From an uncultured delta proteobacterium (lineage in GTDB: Bacteria; Desulfobacterota; BSN033; UBA1163): a DNA stretch of 64,000 nucleotides. How positions within the stretch are numbered: the stretch's first letter is position 1; each line of letters begins with the position of its first letter. Positions 31,154-42,346 of this stretch are shown piece by piece. The notes below the pieces were generated by a model, which was not told the origin of the DNA, did not search any database, and saw nothing but the letters and a program-made list of their open reading frames with translations. The position numbers and the translations under genes are program-made. Location: NCBI GenBank assembly GCA_963827685.1, contig CAWHBU010000004.1:352001-416000 (forward strand), in the 5' to 3' direction.

Positions 31154-32713
31154 ATGGGAAAATGGATGACCGGATTGATTTCTGTCCTCCTGGTTCTCTT
31201 ATTCTTGTCTCAAGGTTGCAGCCAGGAGAAACTTCTGAATCCCGGGGAACTCTATGATTCGTCCATGGCTCTCCATGATCAAGGGAAATATGGAGAGGCC
31301 ATTCAAGGTTTTTCAAACATCGTCCAATCTGCTCCAGTCAGCAAATTGGCCTCCTACTCCCAATATATGATCGGTCTCTGCTATCTCAAAATGGGAAAAT
31401 ATGAAGAAGCCATCAAGCAATTGGAACTCTATTTAAAAAACTATCCAGAAGGTGACCGTGTGAGCGAAGCGGGAAAAGGGATGCACATTGCAAAGGAACA
31501 GTTGAGAGAGAAGCCCCCTTCGGCGTTTACCGTTTCTGAATCTGTCGTGAAACGAGCCCTTCCTGATATCAAGAGAGCGAAGAGACGTATATGTGTTCAG
31601 GTGTCCTATCTTGAAGGAAAGAATCTTGAGGAAGTGGAGAAGCGGGTGAAGGAGTTGAAAAATGCCGGTGTTAATACGATGATCTTCAGAGTCTTCCAGA
31701 ATAAAGGGGATCGAATATATAAATTTGTTACGGCCCACCATGAGGAGGGGGTTTATTTCAAAACAGAAAATGCTCCGGTCGTCGATGATGTCTTGGAAAA
31801 AGTTGCGGAAATGGTTCACCGCAACGGCCTTGAAATCTTTGCCTGGATGACCACGCGCTATGCCAACTACGGGTTAGAAGGACATCCTGGATATCGGTGC
31901 AAGAGATATAATTTTGAGACAAAACAAATGGAGGAAGCGAGAGGTTTCAATCTCTTTCACCCTGATGTCCTGAAACGCCTTGAGGGGCTTTTCCGAGACC
32001 TGGGTTGCTACCCCATTGATGGAATCCTGTTTCAGGATGATCTGATTCTTAAACATGACGAAGATTTCAGTACGGAAGCCAACGAAGCCTTTCTGAAAGA
32101 GTTTGGATACTTGCCCCATCCGGGACTCTTTTATATCGATCCTTATCAATCGGAGTCTGGAAAATATTATGCTAAGGCTTATACGGATCGCTTCTGGACT
32201 TGGGCGAACTGGAAAAACCATTGGTTAATGAACGTGGCCAAACGATTGATGGAAGTTGCCAGAGAGTCAAACCCGAACTTACAATTTGCCATCAATCTCT
32301 ATTTTGAGGCTGTCCTCAGCGACGCTAATGGCATGGGTTGGTTTTCGCAGACTCTTTCAGGAGCATTGAAGAACAATTTTGACTATTATGCCGTCATGGC
32401 CTATCATCGCCAGGCCATGAAAGAGCGGAATATAGAAGTGAGGGAGGCCATCGGCTTGATGGCCGAGGCGACTCAGAAGGCAGTCAAAGTCGTGGGAGAT
32501 CCTTCCAAGGTGTTGATGAAGGTTTGGACTCTCGATTGGAAGAATAATGGAGCAGTCAGTTATGAGCTCGCCTCAGGCAAAGAGATAGAGGAGATCTTAA
32601 CGGCGATCTTGAATTATGGTGAGGTGAGTTTAGCCTTCGTTCCTTACATCGATCAATTGCCTATTCATTCATTAAAAGGGAAATGGAATTCTTCTAAAAA
32701 AAGTTCGGAGTAG
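31154..32713 (+). CDS. Lipoprotein: TPR (BamD/YfiO-like) domain plus PgaB C-terminal-like glycoside hydrolase barrel
   Basis: SQGC lipobox; QYMIGLCY..YEEAIKQLELYLKNYPEG; GVNTMIFRVF, IFAWM, IDGILFQDD, DYYAVMAY. Confidence 0.75.
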   Translation: MGKWMTGLISVLLVLLFLSQGCSQEKLLNPGELYDSSMALHDQGKYGEAIQGFSNIVQSAPVSKLASYSQYMIGLCYLKMGKYEEAIKQLELYLKNYPEGDRVSEAGKGMHIAKEQLREKPPSAFTVSESVVKRALPDIKRAKRRICVQVSYLEGKNLEEVEKRVKELKNAGVNTMIFRVFQNKGDRIYKFVTAHHEEGVYFKTENAPVVDDVLEKVAEMVHRNGLEIFAWMTTRYANYGLEGHPGYRCKRYNFETKQMEEARGFNLFHPDVLKRLEGLFRDLGCYPIDGILFQDDLILKHDEDFSTEANEAFLKEFGYLPHPGLFYIDPYQSESGKYYAKAYTDRFWTWANWKNHWLMNVAKRLMEVARESNPNLQFAINLYFEAVLSDANGMGWFSQTLSGALKNNFDYYAVMAYHRQAMKERNIEVREAIGLMAEATQKAVKVVGDPSKVLMKVWTLDWKNNGAVSYELASGKEIEEILTAILNYGEVSLAFVPYIDQLPIHSLKGKWNSSKKSSE

Positions 32714-32797
32714 TTAGTTCGGAGTTCGGAGCATTTAGTTTTGAGTGTTTAGTTTGGAGTTTTTAGTGGTGAACTCCGAACACCGAACTTCTAACTT
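32702..32797. repeat. Inverted arrays of 7-mer repeats (AGTTCGG / CCGAACT)
   Basis: AGTTCGG three times at the left, CCGAACA CCGAACT TCTAACT at the right, between convergent genes. Confidence 0.8.
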
Positions 32798-33380
32798 ATT
32801 TCTCCTCTTCGATTCTGAGCCATTCGGGGTTAGCCCGATAATCTCTGGCTTGTTTTGGAAGAACATTTTCGAGCATGTTCCTGGCCTCTTCCACCTGTTT
32901 CTCCCAATCCTTTACCTTTTCTTCGAGGGCTTTGGTCTCAGCCTTCAATTTCCTTTTGAGGCTGTCGGGTTTGAACTGCGAGGCTTCCAGCTCCTGCTCC
33001 TTTGACTTCCATTCATTGTAGGCGTTTTCATAATTTGTCCTGGCAGCGTTGAGCTTCTCATTCCATTCGCTCGCTATTGCCCTCCACCATTCTTCTCCAC
33101 GGCCCAAGATATCTTTCTGCTCAGGGGCTGATTCAGGGGCTGACTCAATCTCCTTCTCCTCCCCCATGCGTTTGGGTGATTCAATCGATGGAGGAGAAGC
33201 GGGTTCTTGGGTAGGTTTCGTCTTTGGAATCTGGTCTCGATATATTTCTGGGACCAGACTTAAGTCATCCGAGAAGTGAACTATCCCTTTCTCATCCACC
33301 CATCTGTAAATCTCTTGACCAAAAGCCAAGATAGAAGAGAGCAGCAATCCCACAATAATGATGAGACCCCTTCTTTTCAT
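32796..33380 (-). CDS. DUF4124 domain exported protein
   Basis: Signal peptide, IYRWVDEKGIVHFSD, coiled coil. Confidence 0.88.
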   Translation of the reverse strand: MKRRGLIIIVGLLLSSILAFGQEIYRWVDEKGIVHFSDDLSLVPEIYRDQIPKTKPTQEPASPPSIESPKRMGEEKEIESAPESAPEQKDILGRGEEWWRAIASEWNEKLNAARTNYENAYNEWKSKEQELEASQFKPDSLKRKLKAETKALEEKVKDWEKQVEEARNMLENVLPKQARDYRANPEWLRIEEEK

Positions 33381-33419
33381 GTTGATCCTCCTTTAATAAT
33401 CGTTTGGAGCGATTAGTTT

Positions 33420-33508
33420 GTCTGTCTGTCGGCAGGCAGGGAGTTCGGAGACAAAAACTAAAACAGTAAGAATCATGACTCATAACTCCGAACTCCTAAC
33501 TCCGAACT
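33420..33508. repeat. AGTTCGG/CCGAACT 7-mer array plus short palindrome
   Basis: CTGTCTGTCGGCAGGCAGG then GGAGTTCGG ... CATAACT CCGAACT CCTAACT CCGAACT. Confidence 0.7.
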
Positions 33509-33514
33509 GAAGCA

Positions 33515-36190
33515 TCAATGCACCTCCGCCCAGTTCTTCCCCAAATGGACGGAAACCTTGAGCGGGACAGAAAGGTTCATCACGCTCTCCATTTCATTCT
33601 GGATCATGGGGATGGCTTTTTGAAGTTCCTCTTCAGGAACCTCGAAGACCAATTCGTCGTGCACCTGCATAGTCATTTTAGTGGAGAGACCGAGTTCTTC
33701 TATTCGATCCTGGATGTGGAGCATCGCCACCTTGATCATATCCGCCGCTGTCCCCTGAAGAGGAGTATTGACAGCCATCCTCTCTGTCGCCTGCCGGATG
33801 GCTACGGTTGGGGAGTGAATGTCCGGCAGATAGCGGCGGCGATGTAAAAGGGTCATCACATATCCCTTCTGCCTGGCCTCTTCCAAACTCTTCTCGATAT
33901 AGCTTTGAACGCCAGTATATTTTTCAAAATATTCGTCAATATAGGTTTGGGCGACCTTGGAGTCTACCCCTAATTGTTGCGAAAGACCATAACCGCTCAT
34001 TCCATAAATGATGCCGAAGTTGATCACCTTGGCCTCCCTCCTCATCGGGGGCGTCACTTTTTCCATTGAAACGCTGAAGATCTCTGAAGCCGTTCGAGCA
34101 TGAATGTCTTCATCATTTTGAAAAGCTTTGATCAGTGTTTCATCTTGGGAGAGGTGAGCAAGAATTCTCAGTTCAATCTGAGAATAATCTGCAGAAACAA
34201 GGAACCGTCCCTTCTCTGGAATGAAGGCTTGACGAATCCGGTTTCCTTCTTCCGCACGAATAGGAATATTCTGGAGGTTGGGATCACTCGAGGAAAGCCG
34301 TCCTGTAGCCGTCACGGTTTGATTATAGGACGTGTGGACGCGTCCGGTCTTTGGATGGATCAATTTGGGAAGGGCATCGACGTAAGTCGATTTGAGTTTG
34401 CTCAGATTGCGATAACCGAGAATCTCGAGGGGGAGGTCATGTTGAAGAGAGAGTTTGGTCAACACCTCCACATCCGTAGAAGCGCCTGTTTTGGTTTTCT
34501 TGATGATGGGCAGTTTCAGTTTATCAAAAAGGATCTTTCCCAATTGTTGGGAGGAGTTGATGTTGAAAACCTCTCCGGCTAACCCGTAGATCCGTTCCAT
34601 CTTCTGCTGGAGTTGAGTTTCGATCTCCTTCGAATATTCTTGGAGAAGGTCCAGATCGATCTTCACTCCGTTCATCTCCATTTTTGCCAAGACCGTGACG
34701 AGAGGCATCTCCACCTGGTTAAAGAGGTCTTTAAACCCTTCCTCCTTCAGTTTTGGAAAAAGGAGGCGGGAGAGTTGGAGAGTTACATCCGCATCTTCAC
34801 AACTGTAGTCCCTCGCTTTTTCAAGTTCAATCTGATCGAAGGTCACTGCCTTCATTCCACTCCCCACGACCTCTTTGAAGTCAGTGACAGATCGATCCAA
34901 ATATTCCTGGGCAATTTCGCTCAGGTTGTGGTTATGTTTGGTGGGATTGAGAAGGTAGGAGGCGACCATCGTATCCCCATCCAACCCTTGCAGATGAATC
35001 CCATATCGTTTTAGAACAATCCATTCATATTTGATATTCTGACCCACCTTTTTCACTTCCCTGTCTTCCAGAACAGGTTTTAACTGCTCCAACGCCCAAG
35101 GAAGAGGAAGTTGCGGAGTTGTCCGCTGATCTTGGTGGCCAAGGGGAATATAGAAAGCTTGATGCGGGGCGTAGGACAGACTGATCCCCACCAGATCCGC
35201 CCACATTGGATAAGGGGACGTGGTCTCCAGATCGATGGAAAAGGTAGTGGCTCTTCTTAAATCCTCCAATAAGGTGAGGAGTTCATTTTGATCCGTGATC
35301 AAACGGTAGTCCCTTCGCGCTGACAGGGAGGCCTCCTCGGCAAAGAGTTCTTTGAGAAGTTTGTTGAACTCCAACTCTTTGAAGATCTCCTTAAGGCTCT
35401 TCAGATCAGGCGGGGAGAGGGAAAAATCCTTTAACGGGGAGTCGACGGGCACATCGGTATGGATCGTTGCCAACTGACGGCTGAGACGAGCCAGATCTCC
35501 ATGGGTCCTTAAATTTTCTTTCAATTTTTTCTGGGGAATTTCTTCCACATGGGCCAGAAGATTTTCGATCGACCCATACGTCTTGATCAACTGGATGGCC
35601 GTCTTTTCTCCAATCCCAGGAACGCCCGGGATGTTGTCAATGGCATCTCCAGACAATCCCATCACTTCTACCACCTGCTCAGGGGAAACGCCGAAACGCT
35701 CAATGACCTCTTCTACCCCAAACCTTTTCTCCTTCATGGTGTCATAGACCTGAATCCGATCACTGACCAATTGAAGGATGTCTTTGTCACCCGTAATAAT
35801 CACGATATCGACTTCCGACTCCAGCCTCTTGGCCACCGTTCCGATGAGATCGTCCGCCTCGTATCCATCCATCTCTAAGAGGGCAATTCGGTATCCGTCG
35901 ATGATCTTCTTGATATAGGGAATCTGGGGGGTAAGCAACTCCGGCATGGCAGGCCGGTTGGCTTTGTATTCTTTATAGACGTCGCTTCGGAAGGTGGGAG
36001 CCTTTGAATCGAAGATCACGGCAAGATAATCTGGCTGATGTTCCTTGAGTACTTTAAGAAGCATCTGGATGAAGCCATAGGTCGCATTGGTCGGGAGCCC
36101 CTTGGAGTTAGAGAGATGGCCGATGGCATAAAAGGCGCGATAGAGATAAGAGGAGCCATCGATTAAAAAAAGTTTAGCACGATCAGACAT
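33515..36190 (-). CDS. polA: DNA polymerase I
   Basis: LIDGSSYLYRAF, DLETT exonuclease motif, ADYSQIELR, QVHDEL. Confidence 0.99.
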   Translation of the reverse strand: MSDRAKLFLIDGSSYLYRAFYAIGHLSNSKGLPTNATYGFIQMLLKVLKEHQPDYLAVIFDSKAPTFRSDVYKEYKANRPAMPELLTPQIPYIKKIIDGYRIALLEMDGYEADDLIGTVAKRLESEVDIVIITGDKDILQLVSDRIQVYDTMKEKRFGVEEVIERFGVSPEQVVEVMGLSGDAIDNIPGVPGIGEKTAIQLIKTYGSIENLLAHVEEIPQKKLKENLRTHGDLARLSRQLATIHTDVPVDSPLKDFSLSPPDLKSLKEIFKELEFNKLLKELFAEEASLSARRDYRLITDQNELLTLLEDLRRATTFSIDLETTSPYPMWADLVGISLSYAPHQAFYIPLGHQDQRTTPQLPLPWALEQLKPVLEDREVKKVGQNIKYEWIVLKRYGIHLQGLDGDTMVASYLLNPTKHNHNLSEIAQEYLDRSVTDFKEVVGSGMKAVTFDQIELEKARDYSCEDADVTLQLSRLLFPKLKEEGFKDLFNQVEMPLVTVLAKMEMNGVKIDLDLLQEYSKEIETQLQQKMERIYGLAGEVFNINSSQQLGKILFDKLKLPIIKKTKTGASTDVEVLTKLSLQHDLPLEILGYRNLSKLKSTYVDALPKLIHPKTGRVHTSYNQTVTATGRLSSSDPNLQNIPIRAEEGNRIRQAFIPEKGRFLVSADYSQIELRILAHLSQDETLIKAFQNDEDIHARTASEIFSVSMEKVTPPMRREAKVINFGIIYGMSGYGLSQQLGVDSKVAQTYIDEYFEKYTGVQSYIEKSLEEARQKGYVMTLLHRRRYLPDIHSPTVAIRQATERMAVNTPLQGTAADMIKVAMLHIQDRIEELGLSTKMTMQVHDELVFEVPEEELQKAIPMIQNEMESVMNLSVPLKVSVHLGKNWAEVH

Positions 36191-36199
36191 TTTCCTCAC

Positions 36200-36272
36200 A
36201 GCATAGAGCAGAGCGCATAGAGCATAGCGTCAAAAGTCTTCTTAATATGCGCTATGCGCTGCGCGCCATGCG
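36200..36272. repeat. Inverted arrays of 7-mer repeats, same family as 25822-25910
   Basis: AGCATAG AGCAGAG CGCATAG AGCATAG ... TATGCG CTATGCG CTGCGCG CCATGCG. Confidence 0.8.
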
Positions 36273-36288
36273 GGTTATCATGAACGGG

Positions 36289-37203
36289 TCAAGGGATGTT
36301 CGTATGAACTCGATTCCCGCCAGAATGTTTGGCAATATACATTGCATCGTCCGCAGATTTGACAAACCCCTCCAGGTCAAAGGCGTCTCTGTATTCGGAT
36401 AGGCCGATGCTGACCGTAATGTTTTGGAATTTGGTCTTTTCGATGGAAGAACGGATGCGTTCCGCAATAGTCATGGCTTGATCCATGGAGGCCCCGATGA
36501 GGAGAGCGGCAAATTCATCCCCTCCGTAACGATACCCAGAATCAACATTGTGTCGTATGGAGTGTTTGACGATCTCTCCAACGTTTTTCAAGACCTTATC
36601 CCCTTCCAGATGACCATAGAGGTCATTATAACTTTTGAAATTGTCGAGATCGAACATCGCGAGCGAAAGAGAGGTTCTTTGGCGTTTCAGACGAATCAGT
36701 TCGGCATCCAGGGTTTTAAAAAAATGGCGATGGTTGTAAAGGCCGGTTAGATCATCGGTGATGGAAAGCCTTCTGACCTCCTCCTCCAATTTTTCTTTCT
36801 CCCTTAGAGTCTTATACTTCTCCAGACATTGGTTGACGATGTGGATCAGATGTTCATTCTCGAAGGGTTTCTTCACAAAGTCAGAAGCGCCCTCCTTGAG
36901 GGCCCGGATGGCATTATCGACCGTGGCAAAGGCTGTCAGCATAATGACGCATTGGAGAGGATTGGCGATTCGAATTCTTCTCAAGGCCTCGGTGCCATCG
37001 ATTCCCGGAAGATTGATATCCATCAAGACCACTTCGGGTTTTTCGTCTTCGACCTTCTTCACTCCTTCTTCACCGGTCGAGGCCATCATGACGTCGTACC
37101 CTTCATAGCGAAGAAGTTTTTGGATAATTTCTAAGGTATCCGGTGCGTCATCAACGATCAGGACTTTCCCCTTCGTGTCTTTATGAACGGTCGGGTCTTC
37201 CAT
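36289..37203 (-). CDS. Response regulator with diguanylate cyclase (REC-GGDEF)
   Basis: [38 protein letters not shown]. Confidence 0.95.
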   Translation of the reverse strand: MEDPTVHKDTKGKVLIVDDAPDTLEIIQKLLRYEGYDVMMASTGEEGVKKVEDEKPEVVLMDINLPGIDGTEALRRIRIANPLQCVIMLTAFATVDNAIRALKEGASDFVKKPFENEHLIHIVNQCLEKYKTLREKEKLEEEVRRLSITDDLTGLYNHRHFFKTLDAELIRLKRQRTSLSLAMFDLDNFKSYNDLYGHLEGDKVLKNVGEIVKHSIRHNVDSGYRYGGDEFAALLIGASMDQAMTIAERIRSSIEKTKFQNITVSIGLSEYRDAFDLEGFVKSADDAMYIAKHSGGNRVHTNIP

Positions 37204-38149
37204 TTTCGTTCTCCACAGAAAGAGGAAGGGTAAAATAGAAGGTGGACCCCTTCCCCAATTGAGACTCCACCCAGATATTTCCTCCGTGCTCTTCAACCAG
37301 CCGTTTGGCAATGGCAAGTCCCAAGCCTGTTCCGCCGTATTTGCCTCCTTCGACCTGGTAGAATTCATCGAAGATCATTTGAAGTTTATCTTCCGGAATA
37401 CCCATTCCGGTATCTCTGATCGCAAGGAGAATCGATTGGTTCTTTTGGCTGGCGATGATCGAGACCTGACCTCCATCGCCGGTAAATTTGAATGCATTGG
37501 AGAGGAGATTAATAAAGATATCGTGAAGTGCCGTTCGATCGGCGTAGAGGTGGAGCCCTGGCGGAATATCAACTTGAATAGAGAGGTTCTTCTCCACATG
37601 GGTGACCTCGTTGATATATCCTTCGATCACCTCGGAGAGCAGGATCTGTTCTCGGTTGAAGTGGAGACGATCAGATTTAATCCGGCTGAGATCGAGCATT
37701 TGATCCATTCTCATTTGAATTCGATTGGTATTCCTCTGAATTGTGAGAAGATAGGACTTCAGATGCTCGGGAACCCTTCCTTCTTTCTCGGAAAGGATGA
37801 AATCGATATTGGCCTTGATGGCCGTGAGCGGCGTTTTTAGTTCATGGGAGGCGATGCCGATGAATTTCATTCTGGTCTCATCCATCTCCTTAAACTCGCG
37901 GTTGACCATTTCCAGTTCTCTCTTGGCGGCTTGAAGTTCCTCAAGCATCTTGAGGACAGAAGTCCTCGCCCGGTTGAGTTCCGCGATGTTCTCCTCCAAC
38001 TGGTGGGTTCGTTCTTCCAATTTTCTTTTCAGATCACTTCTGGATTCTTTCAACGGAAGGGTCATTCGGTTGAAGGCTCTCGCCAGGTCTCCGATGAATT
38101 TAAGGGTGAGGCTGGCTCGGAAACGAAAAAAGGGTTTAAACCGGCTCAT
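37181..38149 (-). CDS. Histidine kinase lacking sensor/TM region (apparent in-frame deletion)
   Basis: [29 protein letters not shown]; SLTLKFI runs directly into the HAMP tail [11 protein letters not shown]. Confidence 0.85.
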   Translation of the reverse strand: MSRFKPFFRFRASLTLKFIGDLARAFNRMTLPLKESRSDLKRKLEERTHQLEENIAELNRARTSVLKMLEELQAAKRELEMVNREFKEMDETRMKFIGIASHELKTPLTAIKANIDFILSEKEGRVPEHLKSYLLTIQRNTNRIQMRMDQMLDLSRIKSDRLHFNREQILLSEVIEGYINEVTHVEKNLSIQVDIPPGLHLYADRTALHDIFINLLSNAFKFTGDGGQVSIIASQKNQSILLAIRDTGMGIPEDKLQMIFDEFYQVEGGKYGGTGLGLAIAKRLVEEHGGNIWVESQLGKGSTFYFTLPLSVENENGRPDRS

Positions 38150-39239
38150 AGATGCAATAGGGTTCTTCGGCCATGTACTCTCCAGAGAGTTCGTAGGCCC
38201 GTGCGCGACACCCTCCGCAGACCTTTCTAAACTCACACCTTCCGCATTTTCCCTGATAGCCATCGGTATTCCGGAGGTTTTGGAAGACATCGGAAGCCTC
38301 CCAGATCTCCCTGAAATGTTTTTCCCTGACATTTCCACAGTTCAATTCTAAATAACCGCAGGGTTGAACCTGGCCGACATGGGAGATGAAACAGAAGGAG
38401 ATGCCGCCGAGGCATCCCCGGGTCATGGCATCCAATCCGTGTGTTTTAGGAGTGATCTTCTTTCCCTCCTTTTTCGCCTGCTGCCGTAGAATGCGATAAT
38501 AGTGAGGGGCACAGGTCGCCTTGAGTTGGAGAGGAACCTTATCGATCTGTTCGTAAAACCAGTGGAGGGTTTTTTCGTAATCGAGAGGAGATATTTCCTG
38601 ATCTTTCAGTTCTTTCCCTCTTCCGGTCGGAACCAAAAGAAAGATGTGGAGAGCCACCGCGCCCAGATCAACGGCCAGACGGAGGATGTCAGGGATCAGC
38701 TGGAGGTTCACCTGGGTAATGGTCGTATTGATCTGAAATTCGATGCCCCCTTTCTTTGCCATCTCGATTCCTCGAAGGGAGCCTTCAAAGGAGCCCTTGA
38801 CTTTCCGGAAGGCGTCATGTGTTTCCGCAGTGGGACCATCGATGCTGATACTGATCCGCTGAATCCCTGAAGCCTTCATCTTCTGGATGATCTCTTCAGT
38901 GATCAATGTCCCGTTCGTGGCCATCACCATCCGGAAGCCTTTTGCTGTTCCATAAGATGCCAGATCAAAGATATCTGATCGGAGCAGAGGTTCTCCTCCG
39001 GTCAGAATGATGACGGGTTTACTGAAGGAAGCGATTTCATCCATCACCCTGAGAACCTCCTGCGTCGAGAGCTCTCCTTCGTACGGACCGTACTCCGCGG
39101 AGGCACGACAGTGAACGCAGGCAAGGTTGCAACTTCGGGTTAACTCCCATGCGATCATCCGTAACGGGTGATTGGTGACTCGTGGCTGGTGATCCGTGAG
39201 TCGTGGGTGTTGATCTTTTACTTTTAATTTCTTACTCAT
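38136..39239 (-). CDS. ahbD: Radical SAM/SPASM heme b synthase
   Basis: [30 protein letters not shown] cysteines; follows hemB. Confidence 0.88.
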   Translation of the reverse strand: MSKKLKVKDQHPRLTDHQPRVTNHPLRMIAWELTRSCNLACVHCRASAEYGPYEGELSTQEVLRVMDEIASFSKPVIILTGGEPLLRSDIFDLASYGTAKGFRMVMATNGTLITEEIIQKMKASGIQRISISIDGPTAETHDAFRKVKGSFEGSLRGIEMAKKGGIEFQINTTITQVNLQLIPDILRLAVDLGAVALHIFLLVPTGRGKELKDQEISPLDYEKTLHWFYEQIDKVPLQLKATCAPHYYRILRQQAKKEGKKITPKTHGLDAMTRGCLGGISFCFISHVGQVQPCGYLELNCGNVREKHFREIWEASDVFQNLRNTDGYQGKCGRCEFRKVCGGCRARAYELSGEYMAEEPYCIYEPV

Positions 39240-39265
39240 AACTCTTAATTCTTAAGTCATAACTC

Positions 39266-40237
39266 TTAACTAATCTTTTTGGCTGCTTCTTTAGCGAAGT
39301 AAGTGAGGATCAGATCAGCGCCTGCCCTTTTAATGGAAGTAAGGGATTCCATCATAACCTGTTCCCCGTCCACCCATCCGAGTTGCGAAGCCGCCTTGAC
39401 TAAAGCAAATTCACCACTGACGTTGTAAGCCGCCACCGGTATATTAAACGTTTGCTTCACCCGATAGATGATATCCAGATAGGGGAGGGCGGGTTTGACC
39501 ATGACGATATCCGCACCTTCTTCGAGGTCGAGCTGGACTTCTCTCAGGGCCTCATCTCCGTTGGCTGGATCCATCTGATAGGATTTTCGGTCACCGAACT
39601 GGGGTTTCGATTCAGCAGCCACCCGGAAGGGTCCGAAAAAACTGGAGGCATATTTTGCCGAATAGGCCATGATCGGAATGTCCTCGAATTGATTTTCATC
39701 GAGGGTCTTTCGAATAGCCCCCACCCTTCCATCCATCATATCAGAAGGCGCAACAATATCAGCTCCTGCCCTGGCATGGGAGAGGGCTTGACGGGCGAGA
39801 AGATCAAGCGTTTCATCATTCAGAATTCTCCCTCCCTCCACCACACCGCAGTGTCCGTGACTGGTGTATTCGCAAAGGCAGACATCGGTGACGAGGAGAA
39901 TGCCATCCACTTTTTCTTTAAGCTGCCTGAGGGCCCTCTGGATGATCCCATTTTCAGCATAGGCTTCTGATCCCAATTCATCCTTCTTTTCGGGAATGCC
40001 AAAAAGGATGACGCCCAGAATCCCCAAAGATTTTGCCTCCTTCACCTCTTTGATCAGGAGATCGATAGAGTACTGGCAATGCCCGGGCATGGAGGAGATA
40101 GGCTGTTTCGACCCCTTTCCAGGACGGACGAAAAGGGGGAGGATGAGGTCATCCGGCCTGAGATGGGTTTCTCGGATCATTTTTCGAAATAGATCGTCTT
40201 TTCGTAATCTTCTCGGTCTATATTGGGGGAATTTCAT
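39266..40237 (-). CDS. hemB: Porphobilinogen synthase
   Basis: [30 protein letters not shown]. Confidence 0.98.
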   Translation of the reverse strand: MKFPQYRPRRLRKDDLFRKMIRETHLRPDDLILPLFVRPGKGSKQPISSMPGHCQYSIDLLIKEVKEAKSLGILGVILFGIPEKKDELGSEAYAENGIIQRALRQLKEKVDGILLVTDVCLCEYTSHGHCGVVEGGRILNDETLDLLARQALSHARAGADIVAPSDMMDGRVGAIRKTLDENQFEDIPIMAYSAKYASSFFGPFRVAAESKPQFGDRKSYQMDPANGDEALREVQLDLEEGADIVMVKPALPYLDIIYRVKQTFNIPVAAYNVSGEFALVKAASQLGWVDGEQVMMESLTSIKRAGADLILTYFAKEAAKKIS

Positions 40238-40514
40238 ATAGCCTCCTCAAAATTCGTCTTTAACTATTTTCTACAATATTTTAAGGTGATTGTCTATAAA
40301 TGAACTCGCTGGCTCGGTTTTGGGTTCGCGCGGCGCTCACCCACGCGCCTCATACCGAATGTTATACTCTCTTCCTAACGGAAATCCTCAACCCATGACT
40401 TGATCTCATCTGCTCTCTTTGTAAGTGGAAGCGATAACCTGGTTTCTTGCCTCTTCCTTACTGTACGTCCTCATGGAAACGCCTTACATTTGGGATGCAG
40501 ATTTCAACCCGTAA

Positions 40515-42346
40515 GTGCGCCACGAAGTTGCACAAGAGATGAGGGTAGGTCCCTCGGAGCCGGTTTACAGGGACAGGCTCCAAACCACCTTAAGCTGCTC
40601 TGGTCAAATGCCAGGGTGGTGAGCGTTAAGGAAAAGGCACTGTGAAAAGTGTCAGGTGAGGTTCAGGGAGGCGAGCGCAAGCGAACTACTGATGAGGTGT
40701 CGAAATGAAATTAGACGACGTCAAAACTGGTAGCTTACGGGATACCAGGATAAGTCCAGGAGAGAACCTGTTTACTGCCTGGGCGGCGTCCGGCATAGAG
40801 GTGGCGCGAACCTGAATCAGGCTCATGTGTGGAACGTGGGAACCTGTTGTCCCGATGGTAAGGGAGAAACCCAAGTGGAGGACCCACAAGGGTGAGAGTA
40901 CCGAGGCGGGGCACAGGGGCGGAATAACCCGTAGTAGCGGTGAAGTCTCGTAATGGGGATGGAGCGAAGGGGTTATATTGTCCAGCCTTATTAATTGATC
41001 AACCAGAAATGGGAGGAATCAGTGAATAAGGAGAAGCCGTTTAACATTTCCAAGAAGGTCGTATGGGAGGCATACCAACATGTAAGAGCAAACAAAGGAG
41101 CGGCGGGAGTAGATTTGGAATCGATTGCGGATTTTGAGAAGGATCTGAAGGGGAATCTGTATAAGATTTGGAATCGGATGTCGTCAGGCAGTTATTTCCC
41201 TCCACCGGTAAGGGCAGTAGTGATACCGAAGGACAAAGGAGGTCAGAGGGTATTGGGAGTTCCAACAGTTGCGGATCGAGTTGCCCAGATGGTTGTCAAG
41301 ATCTACCTTGAACCCAAAGTGGAGCCGATTTTTCATAGTGACTCTTATGGCTACCGGCCAGGGAAATCAGCGATTGAGGCGGTAGGCAGAGCGCGCGAGA
41401 GATGCTGGAGCTACGACTGGGTACTGGATTTGGACATCAAGGGGTTCTTTGACAACATCGACCACGAACTTCTCATGAAGGCGGTAAGAAAGCATACGGA
41501 CAGTAAGTGGATTTTACTATACGTAGAGAGGTGGTTAAAGGCACCGGTGCAACAACCCGATGGCACTTTGGTTCAACGGGATAGAGGAACCCCCCAAGGA
41601 GGGGTGGTGAGTCCACTACTGGCCAATCTATTTTTGCACTATGCCTTTGACGACTGGATGAGAAGGAGATATCCTGAAATCCCATTTGAGCGCTATGCTG
41701 ATGATGTGATCGTTCACTGCAAGATAGAAGCGAAAGCGAAGGAACTGAGAACGGCGATTGGAGAGAGGTTAGGGCAGTGCAAGCTGGAGCTTCATGCGGA
41801 AAAGACAAAGATAGTTTACTGCAAGGATGACAAACGGCGTGGCACCTACTCAGATGAGAAGTTTAATTTCTTGGGTTTTACTTTTCGTTCACGGTGGGCA
41901 AAGAGTCGATGGGGCAAATACTTTATCGGCTTCAGTCCGGCGATCAGTAACGAAGCAACCAAATCAATACGGAGCACTGTCAGGAGCTGGAGGCTACACC
42001 GGAGAAGTGACAAATCTTTAGGAGATCTGGCCCGGATGTATAATCCCATCATTCGGGGATGGATTAACTACTACGGCAGCTACTATAAATCTGCTCTTTA
42101 TCGAGTATTCTACCCACTCTCACGCTCTCTGATGAGATGGGCAATGCGGAAATACAAGAAGCTCAAGCCCCACGTACAGATGGCGGCCTATTGGTTAGGG
42201 CGCATTGCAAAGAGGGAACCCAATCTATTTGCCCATTGGCAAATGGGGATGCGACCGACGGCTGGACAATAAGAGCCGGATGAATCGAGAGGTTCACGTC
42301 CGGTTCCGGGAGGGCGTGGGGGTGAAATTCCCCCGCGCTACTCGAC
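40515..42346 (+). mobile_element. Group II intron (IIB, RmInt1-like bacterial class D)
   Basis: 5' GTGCG at 40515; domain V GAGCCGGATGAATCGAGAGGTTCACGTCCGGTTC; domain VI ending CTACTCGAC; EBS1/IBS1 and EBS2/IBS2 pair. Confidence 0.93.
41022..42272 (+). CDS. ltrA: Group II intron reverse transcriptase/maturase, no endonuclease domain
   Basis: NKGAAGVD, LGVPTVADR, GTPQGG, RYADD, NPIIRGWINYY. Confidence 0.96.
   Translation: MNKEKPFNISKKVVWEAYQHVRANKGAAGVDLESIADFEKDLKGNLYKIWNRMSSGSYFPPPVRAVVIPKDKGGQRVLGVPTVADRVAQMVVKIYLEPKVEPIFHSDSYGYRPGKSAIEAVGRARERCWSYDWVLDLDIKGFFDNIDHELLMKAVRKHTDSKWILLYVERWLKAPVQQPDGTLVQRDRGTPQGGVVSPLLANLFLHYAFDDWMRRRYPEIPFERYADDVIVHCKIEAKAKELRTAIGERLGQCKLELHAEKTKIVYCKDDKRRGTYSDEKFNFLGFTFRSRWAKSRWGKYFIGFSPAISNEATKSIRSTVRSWRLHRRSDKSLGDLARMYNPIIRGWINYYGSYYKSALYRVFYPLSRSLMRWAMRKYKKLKPHVQMAAYWLGRIAKREPNLFAHWQMGMRPTAGQ

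Noticed and set aside
32702-33508. CRISPR-like appearance of short repeats
   Set aside because: Units are 7-mers without unique 30-40 bp spacers; no cas genes
36289-36800. Hypr-type cGAMP synthase
   Set aside because: Has GHLEGD (Asp), the canonical c-di-GMP signature
38150-38338. Long N-terminal extension of the histidine kinase
   Set aside because: Alternative frame overlapping ahbD; ATG at 38149 is more plausible
40300-40380. attC-like sequence (GTATAAC... on minus strand)
   Set aside because: No convincing L'/R' boxes and no associated cassette gene
40995-42272. Reverse transcriptase as retron, DGR or defence RT
   Set aside because: Maturase X domain, ribozyme domains V/VI and EBS-IBS pairing identify a group II intron
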